A stretch of DNA of 64,000 bases from Candidatus Latescibacterota bacterium (lineage in GTDB: Bacteria; Latescibacterota; UBA2968; UBA8231): positions 2,016,001-2,080,000 of the forward strand of contig CBDFJF010000002.1 of the NCBI GenBank assembly GCA_965248265.1. The letters are read 5' to 3'. Position 1 is the first letter of the stretch. The number at the start of each line of letters is the position of its first letter. A model generated the notes under the pieces. It saw nothing but the letters and a program-made list of their open reading frames with translations. It was not told the origin of the DNA and made no database searches. The position numbers were made by a program, and so were the translations under genes. Positions 1 to 9,475 of this stretch are shown piece by piece.

Positions 1-131
1 GTCACGTCGAACAGCAGGACGTCGAGGAAGGGACTTTCGTAGAAGAGCAGGTAGTCGAAAAAGGCATCCAGAATGCACGCAACCAGACCCGTCAGGGCCG
101 CGAGGATTATGATCCTGCGTTTACTCTTCAT
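1..131 (-). CDS. 5' part of a membrane protein running off the window edge (possibly a sensor kinase N-terminus)
   Basis: Manual translation from ATG at 131: MKSKRRIIILAALTGLVACILDAFFDYLLFYESPFLDVLLFDV..., basic N-terminus then hydrophobic helix, open to the edge. Confidence 0.5.
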   Translation of the reverse strand, partial: MKSKRRIIILAALTGLVACILDAFFDYLLFYESPFLDVLLFDV

Positions 132-264
132 GAGTGACCGTCTACCAACTCGACTTGCGGTTGCCCCACGGTCTCGCGCACAGGGCCTCTATTTCGGAGA
201 AAAAAATGTGTCCGGCGTGTGAGGCGAGAGCCACGGCGGGAGGCGCCGCGGAGCGCTCGGTGCC

Positions 265-1431
265 TCAAAGATCCTGAAGAAGGACGAGGACGTTCTGGTT
301 CTGAGTGTTTGCCTGCGCGAGGATCGAAGTGCCGACCTGGGACAGGATCTGCGCCCGGGTCAGATTGGTGACTTCGGCGGCGAAATCGGCATCGCTGATG
401 GTCGATTCAGAGGCCTGAATCGAGGTGATGGCCTCCTCGGTCGAACTGATGGAAAAATTGAGCCTGTTCTGCACGGCGCCGATGGTACCGCGCTCCTGCG
501 CGACGGTGCTGATGGCGCTGTCTATGGAGGTGATAGCGGTCTGGGCCGTCGAAATGCTGGCGACTGAAGTGCTAGCCAGATTCAGTTGGGTGCCGGTCGC
601 GCGCAGGTCGGGAACGGAAACCTCGATGCGGTTGGCGGCCGTGTTCGTCGACCCAACTTGGAAGGAGCCTCCCGTACCAGACTGTATGACGATCTGAGTA
701 CTGCCAAGATCACCATCCAAAAATTGACCTGTGGCGCCGGTGACGTTGGCTCCTGCAAGTGTGACCTGGATCCCCAGCGTATCGAAATTGGCGACTACCT
801 GGGTGCCGGTCGCCACGACCCCTGCATCGAGAATGGTTCCAACAGATAGAGTCTGCGAGAGGGTGCCGTTGCCCAGTGTTATTTGGTTGTCACCAGCTGT
901 GTCGACGAAGTTGAAGGTCCCCGCCTGGGCTCCCGAGAGCCTTACCCCTGTCACGCCTGTTACATTGCTGGTGGCAAGTGTACTGGAAGTCGCGTCGACC
1001 GAATTGCCGAACCCGGTGAGCAATACCTGGTTGTTGAAGGTCGTGCTGAGGGCGATGCGATCGATCTCGGAGACCAGTTGGCTGAACTCCGTCTGTATCG
1101 CCTCTCGATTGGTATCGGTGAGGGTGCTGGAGGAGGATTGAACCGCCAGTTCGCGCGTGCGGATTAGAATGTCGTTGACCTGGGCCAGAGAGCCTTCAGC
1201 CGTCTGCAGCAGGTCGTTGGCCTGCGAGGCGTTTTTTTCACTGGCTCGCAATCCGGCCAGATCGGCTCGCAAGCCTTCGCGTACCGACAGACCAGCTGCG
1301 TCATCGCTGGCGCGGTTGATCCTGAGGCCGGAAGACAACCTCTCCGTCGTCGCGCTCAGTGACTGGGTGGTATTGCCCAGGTTCCGAGCGGCATTCAGCG
1401 CCGAAATGTTGGTGTTTATGCTTAGTGCCAC
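265..1431 (-). CDS. fliC: Flagellin
   Basis: N-terminal INTNISAL...ERLSSGLRINRASDDAAGL and C-terminal RGTIGAVQNRL...ISDADFAAEVTNLTRAQILSQ flagellin domains; GTG start with GAGG RBS. Confidence 0.96.
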   Translation of the reverse strand: MALSINTNISALNAARNLGNTTQSLSATTERLSSGLRINRASDDAAGLSVREGLRADLAGLRASEKNASQANDLLQTAEGSLAQVNDILIRTRELAVQSSSSTLTDTNREAIQTEFSQLVSEIDRIALSTTFNNQVLLTGFGNSVDATSSTLATSNVTGVTGVRLSGAQAGTFNFVDTAGDNQITLGNGTLSQTLSVGTILDAGVVATGTQVVANFDTLGIQVTLAGANVTGATGQFLDGDLGSTQIVIQSGTGGSFQVGSTNTAANRIEVSVPDLRATGTQLNLASTSVASISTAQTAITSIDSAISTVAQERGTIGAVQNRLNFSISSTEEAITSIQASESTISDADFAAEVTNLTRAQILSQVGTSILAQANTQNQNVLVLLQDL

Positions 1432-1569
1432 TGTAGTAGACCTCTTGGGGGAAATCTACCTCAAGGTACATCACACAAGCGCGGGTATCAAGTATAAAAA
1501 ATAAGGGGTTATCGCAGGGCGGGGACGACTGCCCTTTTGGCAGTTTATCGACTGCCTATTGTAGCCGAC

Positions 1570-4182
1570 TCAGGCGCCGGCACTCCGCTCACGCGTGAGT
1601 CCTGCTGCTTCATCGATGATTCTGGCCACGTCGTCGCTCTCAAACGGTTTGCTCAACAGCAAGTCGACGTCGGCATGTTGATCCGTGTTATCCCTGAACT
1701 GCCATCCCGTCATCAGCACCGTTGCCGTCGTCGGCGACCGCTGCTTGACCTCCTGAATGAGTTCCAGGCCTGAGACTTCCGCCATTACCCAATCGGTTAC
1801 GATAACGTCGAAGTCGTGGGCTCGGATGCGCTCCTGCGCCGACTGGCCGCTGGACAGACATTCGACGCGGTGCTGGATTAGAAGAGGCTGAATCATCTCC
1901 AGTACCCGCGGTTCGTCGTCGACTACCAGGATGTCGAGTTTCTGCAGACGTGGCGGCGCCTCCAGGTCGTCTTCGTCCAGTGACTCGGCCGCCTCGCTCA
2001 ACGGAACGCTGATGACGAAGGTTGTGCCCGAATCCGGCCGGCTCTCAATGCGGACCCGACCACCCATGCCCCGAACCAGTCCCCACACCGTGCTCAATCC
2101 CAACCCCGTGCCGCTCTCGGAGCCTTTGGTCGTGAAGAAGGGCTCGAAAACCCGCCTGCGCGTCTCCTCATCCATACCGATGCCGGTGTCTGCCACGGTC
2201 AGTTGGATCTCACCCGAATCAAAGCGTGTAGACACGGTTATGGTGCCCCCATCGGGCATGGCATCGACGGCATTGAAGATCAGATTGGATAGAATCTCCT
2301 GCCAGGCCGACTCCGGTGTCTCAATCGGTGGTACGTCGGCGAGGTCGGTCTCCACATGGATCGAGCGTCCCTGGCGCTCCGGCTCAGACTTCCACTTGGG
2401 GGTCGTCATGTCGATGACCTCGCAGACAACCTTGGACAAGTCGACCTGGTCTGTTCTGTCCGGATCAGTGGGCCGGCCGAAGGTCTGGATGCGGCGGACG
2501 ATCGCCGAACAATTGCGCGCCGATTCCAATATGCGCTCTGCTTCTTCGCGCACCGGGGTGGACACGTCCTCCCGCAGCGCCAGCAGCTCCGCATTCATCA
2601 AGATGACTGTCAGGAGGTTGTTAAAATTATGCGCCACCCCGGCGGCCATTTCACCAAGAGCTCTCAGTTTTTCTGCTTGATGCAATTGCTCGCGAAAGCG
2701 GACCGTGGCCAACTCGCGCTCGCGGCGGTCAGTCACGTCTCTGGCAATGGCGTGAATGCCCACAGGGTCATCCGCCTCGGTCAACCACCTGGAAACAACT
2801 TCGAAGGTTGAGGTGTTACCGCTGCGTCCGATGAATGCGGCCTCGAAACTGGGACGCGGATCACCGGCTACGGCCAGTTCCTCCTGAACGCGAAGCCGTT
2901 CGGTGTCCTCGGGTGCCAGCACAGAGTAAAGGCTGGTACCGACCAGCTCGCGCGAGTCGAAGCCAAAAAACTGCTGCGCGGCGCGATTGGCGGAGGTCAA
3001 TACCAGGTTCAGATCGGTCGTGAAGACGAGATCGTTGGCGTTGTCGAACAGGTCGCGGTAGGCGCGCTCTGAGGCCTCCAGCGCCTGGGTGGAGAGGGCC
3101 AGTGCTGCAGCCATATCATTGAAATACTCCGCGAGACCCCCGAATTCGTCCCGCCGCTTCACCGGTATTCGATGCCCGAGCTCGCCAGCCGCCAGCCGTT
3201 TCGTGCCTTCCTGCAACTCTTCCACCGGCTGCGTCAAACGGCGGGAGCCGATTACACTGATGATGATGGCAACCAGCAGCACCGCACCGCCAATGCCGAG
3301 CAGGGCGCGTTCCAGGATGCCGACGAATTCGAGCGCCTCATCGAGAGACAATTGGATTACGTACAAGGTCCGGTTGGCCTCGCCAACGGCGCCGGTTACG
3401 GACTCACGATCCGAGAATGAAGGATCGAACACATGAGCAACAGAAAAGAAGGTCTCCTCGCCGACATTCACGAGGAAGGTTTCACCCGTTGTGAGCTCTG
3501 CTTCTTCGAAACCGCGCAACAGCTCTGCATGGTCATCGCTGTCCCAGGAAGATCCCATGAGTTCATCGCCATGGAGAAAAGAAACGTGGCCATGCATCAG
3601 CTGTTTCAGTCGCGCTGCCTCGCTGTCATCCATCAGGAAACCGGTTATTAGGGCGCCGACAATCAAGTCCTGGGCGAACACGGGTACGCTGACTATCTGA
3701 TAGAGCCGCCCTGCTTCGGCCAGCAGTCCAGTATAGTCACGGCCGCTGACGGCATTGGCCACAGGACTCACCAGGCGTAAGTCCTGACCATAGGTAGGGG
3801 CCTTGCCGCGTTCGATATAGGCCAGTACGCGGCCGGCGCAGTCCGTGGCAACGAACAGGTCGCTGTCTATCATCACCTGAAGCTCGTCTGCAACGGGCTG
3901 AACCGTGCGCGCATGGCTGTCGAAGTCCCCAGCCGGGATATCCAGGGTGGCGGAGAAGCGGGGGCTGTCGGCTACGACTTCCAACTGCTGTTGGCGAAAT
4001 CTTGACCGCTCGAACAATAGCTCCTCGAGCACGGCGCTGGACAAATCCAACTCCTCACGAAGCTGACTCTTCACTTGCCTTTCGACATACCCTCGAGTCA
4101 CCAACAGCGCCAGGCCCACGAGCGAGGCGACGATAAGGCATATAAAAAGGATGAGGCGGGTTCTCAGCGTCAGCGGAACCAT
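1570..4182 (-). CDS. Hybrid sensor histidine kinase (TM, extracytoplasmic sensor, TM, HAMP, PAS, HisKA, HATPase, REC)
   Basis: H-box AHNFNN, N-box NLIFNAVDAM, DTGIGM, FEPFFTTK, GTGLGL; C-terminal receiver LVVDDE...TD...SKPF. Confidence 0.93.
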   Translation of the reverse strand: MVPLTLRTRLILFICLIVASLVGLALLVTRGYVERQVKSQLREELDLSSAVLEELLFERSRFRQQQLEVVADSPRFSATLDIPAGDFDSHARTVQPVADELQVMIDSDLFVATDCAGRVLAYIERGKAPTYGQDLRLVSPVANAVSGRDYTGLLAEAGRLYQIVSVPVFAQDLIVGALITGFLMDDSEAARLKQLMHGHVSFLHGDELMGSSWDSDDHAELLRGFEEAELTTGETFLVNVGEETFFSVAHVFDPSFSDRESVTGAVGEANRTLYVIQLSLDEALEFVGILERALLGIGGAVLLVAIIISVIGSRRLTQPVEELQEGTKRLAAGELGHRIPVKRRDEFGGLAEYFNDMAAALALSTQALEASERAYRDLFDNANDLVFTTDLNLVLTSANRAAQQFFGFDSRELVGTSLYSVLAPEDTERLRVQEELAVAGDPRPSFEAAFIGRSGNTSTFEVVSRWLTEADDPVGIHAIARDVTDRRERELATVRFREQLHQAEKLRALGEMAAGVAHNFNNLLTVILMNAELLALREDVSTPVREEAERILESARNCSAIVRRIQTFGRPTDPDRTDQVDLSKVVCEVIDMTTPKWKSEPERQGRSIHVETDLADVPPIETPESAWQEILSNLIFNAVDAMPDGGTITVSTRFDSGEIQLTVADTGIGMDEETRRRVFEPFFTTKGSESGTGLGLSTVWGLVRGMGGRVRIESRPDSGTTFVISVPLSEAAESLDEDDLEAPPRLQKLDILVVDDEPRVLEMIQPLLIQHRVECLSSGQSAQERIRAHDFDVIVTDWVMAEVSGLELIQEVKQRSPTTATVLMTGWQFRDNTDQHADVDLLLSKPFESDDVARIIDEAAGLTRERSAGA

Positions 4183-4197
4183 TGCAGTCTATCAGAC

Positions 4198-4866
4198 TCA
4201 GAAATCCAGCGGCAGGTTGACGACGCTTGTGTGCGAGGGAACTGTGATTACCGCGTGCTTCTCTCCGGCCGTCGGGTGCCAGGCCTTTACCGTGTAGGAC
4301 CCCGGAGGAATGTTCTCAAGGCGGAAGGCCCCAGATGAATCCGGAGCCGTGAAGAAGTGATGGTCCAGCACAACGATGTAGGCCTTCATGCGGGAGTGTA
4401 TCTCGCAGCGCACGACCACGATGGCATCCTCGTCAAAACGCACGCTGGCCTTCTCGCCGCCAGCGAAGCGGCCGAGGTCGAAACGGTCGCCGGAAACGAT
4501 GGAGAAGACGTTGTGATAGTAGTCGTCTTCGTTGGGGAACTCCACCTTCGAGCCGACCGCAATCGGCAGGACATGCGGAATAAAGCGGTCGCTATTCTGT
4601 CGCATCACCAAAGGCCCGGCGGCCGGTGTGGGGGGAGAGGAGGCAGGTGGATTTTCCAGATAGACAACCACATCGACCGGTGACGGCGCTCGTGGTGTTG
4701 GCCGTTTTGCCGACGAGCGATAAACGCCGCGGTTATATGCCACCGGTTTCTCGCGTTGAGGCGCGGCAGTCAACGATACGGTCCCCTCTATCGTCGCAGA
4801 CCGGAGCGGCATGGCGTTGAAGACCAGAGTGACGGCTATCGTGATGGCGAAAACCAGGCGCTTCAT
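4198..4866 (-). CDS. Secreted cupredoxin-like protein with carboxypeptidase-regulatory-like beta domain
   Basis: Signal peptide; FPNEDDYYHNVFS and CEIHSRM (His...CxxHxxM type-1 copper ligand pattern); IPPGSYTVKAWHP. Confidence 0.75.
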   Translation of the reverse strand: MKRLVFAITIAVTLVFNAMPLRSATIEGTVSLTAAPQREKPVAYNRGVYRSSAKRPTPRAPSPVDVVVYLENPPASSPPTPAAGPLVMRQNSDRFIPHVLPIAVGSKVEFPNEDDYYHNVFSIVSGDRFDLGRFAGGEKASVRFDEDAIVVVRCEIHSRMKAYIVVLDHHFFTAPDSSGAFRLENIPPGSYTVKAWHPTAGEKHAVITVPSHTSVVNLPLDF

Positions 4867-4897
4867 CAGTCGACGGTCCTCAGGGGATCAGAATACA

Positions 4898-6163
4898 TCA
4901 GAAAACAATGGTCAGTTGGGCGGCGACGATGTTCTCGTCAGACGAGGATGGCCGGCCCGAGTCGTTGAGTTGAGCGACCAGCTTGTAGATGACAGCATCG
5001 CTGGCGCGATATCCCAGGCCGAGTTCGATCCGATCGACATCATAATCCCACGACTGTACACTGCCGCTACCGGTACCGTCATCGATCTCATCATAACGCA
5101 AGCCACTGTACCGTCCGGCGGCCAGTAGTCCGGGAGCCAATTTGTAGGTGGCCTCGGCATAGAATCCGATCACACTCAGGTCCTGCACGCCTCCACCCGC
5201 ATCGACGATGTTCGGTGATTCCCATGAATTGAAGGCGATCTCGCTCGTCAACGACAGGTGCCGGATTCCGTATTCCATGGCAAGGCCGGTGATTTTCTGG
5301 TCAAAGTCTTCTACTCCAACGCCGTTCAGGTGCGGGGCCACGGATCGGTCCAGGTAAGGCCCCTGCGCGTATGAGCCCTGAACGAACAAACCGGCAAATG
5401 GTACGAATCCCAGGCGGCCGGCAACCTGTCTGCCGTCATTGTTGTCACTGGCACCCGAGCGCGGATCCGACAACGTGCCCTGAGTCACTGCCAGGGAGTA
5501 CTCCAGCCGCCAGGCTGATCCAACGATGCCGCCTCCGAAGTCCCAGCAGGAATCGTATATCATTGGCAGACCCCTGAATGAGGCCGGGGATCCCCCGCCG
5601 CCATAACCGGTGAACCGGCCGGGGAAGCCCTGACCCCGGTGGGCCAGCAGGTCGGCATTGTCGGATGGTAGCTGATTGGAGCGCAGCGATGAAGCGTAGT
5701 GATACATCAACGGGTAGCCGATCAGTGGGTTCTTATCGGAATAAGCCCGCTGGGTGAAGTGCCCGAAGGGTGTCGGTATCTTGCCGATCTCGAGGTTGAG
5801 ATGTCCCTTCTCGCCGGCGATGACGTTGTAGCGCAGGTACGACCGAAGAAAGGACCCAATAGAGGCGCTGCTGGAGGGGTCCAGAAATGTGCGGTTGAAG
5901 ACGGTGAGGTGGTCGTTGACGGCAATGTCAGCGGCAAGGCTCAGCCGCACGTGGTTGAAGGGGCTGTCGCCTCTTCTCTGTCGGTTGTCATCGAGCGCAT
6001 CACTATCGGCCGCAGAGAGCAGGAAGTCGACGGTCGCGCCCGGAAACACGGATGGACCTGCCATCCCCGCCTCATCAGATTGGGCCGTCTGGGCTGCACC
6101 AGCAACACAGAGCGCGCACAGGAAGGGAAGGCAATACGCGGATGGTGTTCCGAACACCTGCAA
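4898..6163 (-). CDS. Outer-membrane beta-barrel/porin-like protein
   Basis: Signal peptide, alternating amphipathic beta strands, GKIPTPFG motif, C-terminal ...QLTIVF. Confidence 0.7.
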   Translation of the reverse strand: MQVFGTPSAYCLPFLCALCVAGAAQTAQSDEAGMAGPSVFPGATVDFLLSAADSDALDDNRQRRGDSPFNHVRLSLAADIAVNDHLTVFNRTFLDPSSSASIGSFLRSYLRYNVIAGEKGHLNLEIGKIPTPFGHFTQRAYSDKNPLIGYPLMYHYASSLRSNQLPSDNADLLAHRGQGFPGRFTGYGGGGSPASFRGLPMIYDSCWDFGGGIVGSAWRLEYSLAVTQGTLSDPRSGASDNNDGRQVAGRLGFVPFAGLFVQGSYAQGPYLDRSVAPHLNGVGVEDFDQKITGLAMEYGIRHLSLTSEIAFNSWESPNIVDAGGGVQDLSVIGFYAEATYKLAPGLLAAGRYSGLRYDEIDDGTGSGSVQSWDYDVDRIELGLGYRASDAVIYKLVAQLNDSGRPSSSDENIVAAQLTIVF

Positions 6164-6337
6164 AAGATTGCTCCAGTCGTTGTAAACGGACGCTTACTTT
6201 GGAATCCCCAAAGATAGGTCATGAGGGCGCAAGACCAAACTGCTTTGAATCACCGGCTCGGATTCAGTGATGGGCAGCATGTGGAACGAGAACTATTAGC
6301 GCTCGAGGGATACTTCGGGGAAGCCATCCCCGAGCAC

Positions 6338-7477
6338 CTATTTTTTCCCAGTTCTCCGAGCACGCGGGAACCGTTTGTCGAGGAAACGCCCGTTTTTCTG
6401 CAACAGTTCGCCGTCCGCGTAGATCTCACCGCCCGGACGCAGATCACAGACCATATCCCAGTGCAGGCCGCTCTGGTTGTTGCTGCCGGTCTCGGGGTAG
6501 GCGCTGCCAAGGGCAAGATGGATGGTGCCGCCGATTTTCTCGTCGAAGAGCGTATTGCGGGTGTACCGGGTGATGTTGTAATTGGTGGCGATGGCTGCCT
6601 CGCCGACGTAGGCTGAACCGCGGTCCATGCCTACCATGGCTTTCAGGAAGTCCTCACCCTTGCTGGCCTCCGCCTTGACGACGCGGCCTTTCTCAAAGGC
6701 CAATCGCGCGCCGACAACCTCCTGCCCGCCGTGCACGGCTGGAAAACTGAAGGCGATGTGCCCCTCGACACTGGTTTCCTCCGGCCCGGTAAAGATTTCG
6801 CCATCCGGGAAGTTGTACTGGCCGTCGCAGTTGATCCAGGTGCGACCCTTACAGCTATAAGTCAGGTCGGTGTCTTCGGCGACGATGCGGATGGAGCGAG
6901 CCCGGTTGAGGCGCCTTGTCAGTGCCTGCTGCGACTTGGAGATGTCCTTCCAGATCCGCACTGGATCTTTCTCGTCCAGAAAGCCAGCTCCAAAGACGAA
7001 ATTCTCATACGCCTCCAGCGACATCTCGGCGTCCTGGGCACTGGCATGACACGGCCACTGAGTGCCCACCCAACGCAGGTCGCCGCGAGCGCTGCGATCC
7101 ATGAATATCTTGTTTAACGACCGGTTGGCCTTGGATGCGAGGGCCATCTTCTTGGGATCTGAACCGCTCAGGGCTCTCGTGTTCTGGCTGCCCCAGATGC
7201 CAATCGTAGCGTCGACACTCCTAAGCTTGTGTCTGCTGTACGGATTGACCCAGGTCAGCTGCTTGGGCTTGGCGACTTCGAAGAAGATCTCCGACAGACC
7301 GTCAATGCCGATTTCCGTCATCGGATGCGCACCGCATTCCAGTGCTTCGCGGTAACAGGCCCTTATCAGTGGTGAGGCGATGGCATCACCGCGAATGATT
7401 ACCGTGTTGCCCGGCTTCAGCTTGACCGAGTAGCGGGTCATCAACTGCGCCAGCTTGTCGATACGGGGGTCAGCCAT
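6338..7477 (-). CDS. Aminopeptidase, M29 family (AmpS/PepS/aminopeptidase T-like)
   Basis: NFPDGEIFTGP, GEAAI, NTLFDEKIGGTIHLALGSAYPE, SGLHWDMV. Confidence 0.93.
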   Translation of the reverse strand: MADPRIDKLAQLMTRYSVKLKPGNTVIIRGDAIASPLIRACYREALECGAHPMTEIGIDGLSEIFFEVAKPKQLTWVNPYSRHKLRSVDATIGIWGSQNTRALSGSDPKKMALASKANRSLNKIFMDRSARGDLRWVGTQWPCHASAQDAEMSLEAYENFVFGAGFLDEKDPVRIWKDISKSQQALTRRLNRARSIRIVAEDTDLTYSCKGRTWINCDGQYNFPDGEIFTGPEETSVEGHIAFSFPAVHGGQEVVGARLAFEKGRVVKAEASKGEDFLKAMVGMDRGSAYVGEAAIATNYNITRYTRNTLFDEKIGGTIHLALGSAYPETGSNNQSGLHWDMVCDLRPGGEIYADGELLQKNGRFLDKRFPRARRTGKK

Positions 7478-7742
7478 CGGTGGAAGCCTTTCGGTGGTCA
7501 GCCATCTTGGTGATCAATTCATCATCGTCGGCGCTCGCCATCACCAGCTCGTAAAACGCGTCGGACGAAATCTCCGCTTCCTCCAGGAAGCGCTCGTCTG
7601 CCCCTCACGGGAATATGTAGTCCCCGAGCCGGCCGGCCTTGAGTGCACGGACCTTGTCTGAAATCCGCGCCAGCCACGGCATGTCGCCGATGACGAGGCC
7701 CCGGGCGCGTGGTTTGAAATCCAGGTTGTCTGATTCGCTCAT
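7470..7742 (-). CDS. DUF5069-like small protein, candidate selenoprotein (Sec at codon 46); absent from the ORF track
   Basis: MSESDNLDFKPRARGLVIGDMPWLARISDKVRALKAGRLGDYIFP(U)GADERFLEEAEISSDAFYELVMASADDDELITKMADHRKASTDG; in-frame TGA at 7605-7607; fills the operon gap exactly and overlaps the aminopeptidase start by 8 bp. Confidence 0.75.
7564..7598 (-). promoter_or_regulatory. Bacterial SECIS-like hairpin
   Basis: mRNA after UGA: GGGGCA GACGAG CGCUUCC-UGGA-GGAAGCG GAGAU UUCGUC; apical loop starts 19 nt after UGA with G at loop position 2. Confidence 0.65.
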
Positions 7743-7744
7743 GA

Positions 7745-8845
7745 TTACTCTCTTTCCAGGAAGGAATGCACCGCTTCGCTGAATAGCGATCTGAAGTCAG
7801 CAGCGGGTGTATCGGATGTCAGTGGCGAGGAGAGGATGTCGACGAGTTGCCGCAATCTGTGCTGTGGGCGCTTCCAGGCATGAAGGAGTGCTCGGTGGTG
7901 TGGCAGGGACGGTTGCGCAAGTGAACGGCACAGCATGGCAGCCGCCTGCAGATGAAACAGGATATGGTGACCGTCGAGGGCGAAGACGCCGTCAGTAACT
8001 TCCTTGGCATATACCATGACGAACTCCGGACTTAGGGGGCATACGAATTCACCATCCTCACGACCGGCACCCAGGCTGGTCGCGTACTGCACCAGACGTC
8101 GCTCCGGCCAGTCCCAGCCGATCTTGGCGAATTCGATGAAGCTGACCGTGCCGGTGGCATCGTCAATGACGACATTGCGGGCATTGAAATCAGTACTGGC
8201 CAGCGTCGGCTCTCTCTGGCTGAGCGTCATCCAGATATCGTCCAGGCGAGCGACCAGGGCTTGTCCGGCCGAATCACGGGCCCCGCAGTGGCTGAGAAGC
8301 ACAGCCAATCCCTCTTGGGCCTCTGCTGGAGCGCTGGTTGCAACTTCGGCGTGGTGCCTGCGTGTAACAGCGCGCGACACGTGGGGAAGTAGGAGCTCGC
8401 ACTGTTCAGACAGCACATGCTCGATTCCGCAGAATCCGGCTACCAATTTCGCGGACAGATCTGGCGATATGCCGAACTCCTGGGCGTGGTCGTCCAGAGT
8501 ACGGTCCCCGCAACGCTCCAAATAGATGAAGCGAGTCCCGGGGTCGACAGCTAGAGCGCGGGGCACGAGACAACCGTGCTCTGCCAAAATGCCGAGAACC
8601 TTGGACTCAACGATGAGCAGGTCGTCGGCGGCGCCCTCTGTGGACGATCCGAAGGCCTGGTGTTTGGCGACCACGCGCGATCCATCTTCCAGTTCAACAG
8701 ACCAGACGCCTGCTGACAGTTCGTCTAGGTTGATGACAGCCTGCTGTGTTGAGGAGAAACTTGCTACATGCCGCCGGAGATAATCCTCCAGTGATTGATC
8801 GGACGGGCCGCCAGAGCTGGTGAGGTGATCGACGGCGAGGCTCAC
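7745..8845 (-). CDS. Aminoglycoside-phosphotransferase/kinase-like fold protein
   Basis: VVAKH lysine, TDFNARNVV catalytic loop, FIEFAKIGWD (DF-like motif). Confidence 0.7.
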   Translation of the reverse strand: MSLAVDHLTSSGGPSDQSLEDYLRRHVASFSSTQQAVINLDELSAGVWSVELEDGSRVVAKHQAFGSSTEGAADDLLIVESKVLGILAEHGCLVPRALAVDPGTRFIYLERCGDRTLDDHAQEFGISPDLSAKLVAGFCGIEHVLSEQCELLLPHVSRAVTRRHHAEVATSAPAEAQEGLAVLLSHCGARDSAGQALVARLDDIWMTLSQREPTLASTDFNARNVVIDDATGTVSFIEFAKIGWDWPERRLVQYATSLGAGREDGEFVCPLSPEFVMVYAKEVTDGVFALDGHHILFHLQAAAMLCRSLAQPSLPHHRALLHAWKRPQHRLRQLVDILSSPLTSDTPAADFRSLFSEAVHSFLERE

Positions 8846-9231
8846 GGCAGGTCGAACACGATCACTTGGGCGGTGAGTTTGCCAGCTTGACTGTTGAAAC
8901 CTGGATTTTCATTCATGGCGAAGTGGATGACCCCATCGCGATCGGTTATGAAGTCGTGCCGACTGCCCACTGCAATCGCAGGTCCGTCGCCGATGCGGGC
9001 GATCAGGGCGCCAACGTTGACTCCGGGCATGAGGTAACCGTCGCCCGCTAAGTGATTGTAGACGCCGTCGGCACCGCACCAAACGATCTGGTTGCGCATG
9101 TCTGGCGACCACACGTCCTCCACATCGATGACGATGCGCTGACCCTTCTCTACGCGAATCAGGGTGTCCTGCCAGCTCGGGCTGGGACGAACCGTGCGGG
9201 AGATTGTCAGAGCCATTTGCGCTTCTTTCAC
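8842..9231 (-). CDS. LecA/PA-IL-like galactose-binding-fold small protein
   Basis: WQDTLIRVEKGQRI...GADG...NVGALIARIG...GVIHFAMNE; stop overlaps the start of the next gene. Confidence 0.6.
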   Translation of the reverse strand: MKEAQMALTISRTVRPSPSWQDTLIRVEKGQRIVIDVEDVWSPDMRNQIVWCGADGVYNHLAGDGYLMPGVNVGALIARIGDGPAIAVGSRHDFITDRDGVIHFAMNENPGFNSQAGKLTAQVIVFDLP

Positions 9232-9475
9232 TTGGCCAATAGGGTCTGTAAGTCCATCACTCGAAGGATATGATCACACTGTCTGCCGTCAAGTTTTAGG
9301 AACCTGATTGAGCCAATCACCCAATACAATCACTCATGCCCAAAAAGATGCGGGGGTTGCGCTGGTTGTTGGCCGGTCAGGGACTCAACTCCAGCGCCTG
9401 CCATTCCTGTTGCGGATCCGGGCAACGCAAGCGGATGACATATAGAGGAGGAAGAAGCGAAATGAGTTCCGCCGC

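Noticed and set aside
1505-1570. Sigma-28 promoter for flagellin
   Set aside because: Two CGATAA hexamers on the minus strand, but neither has TAAA at 15-bp spacing
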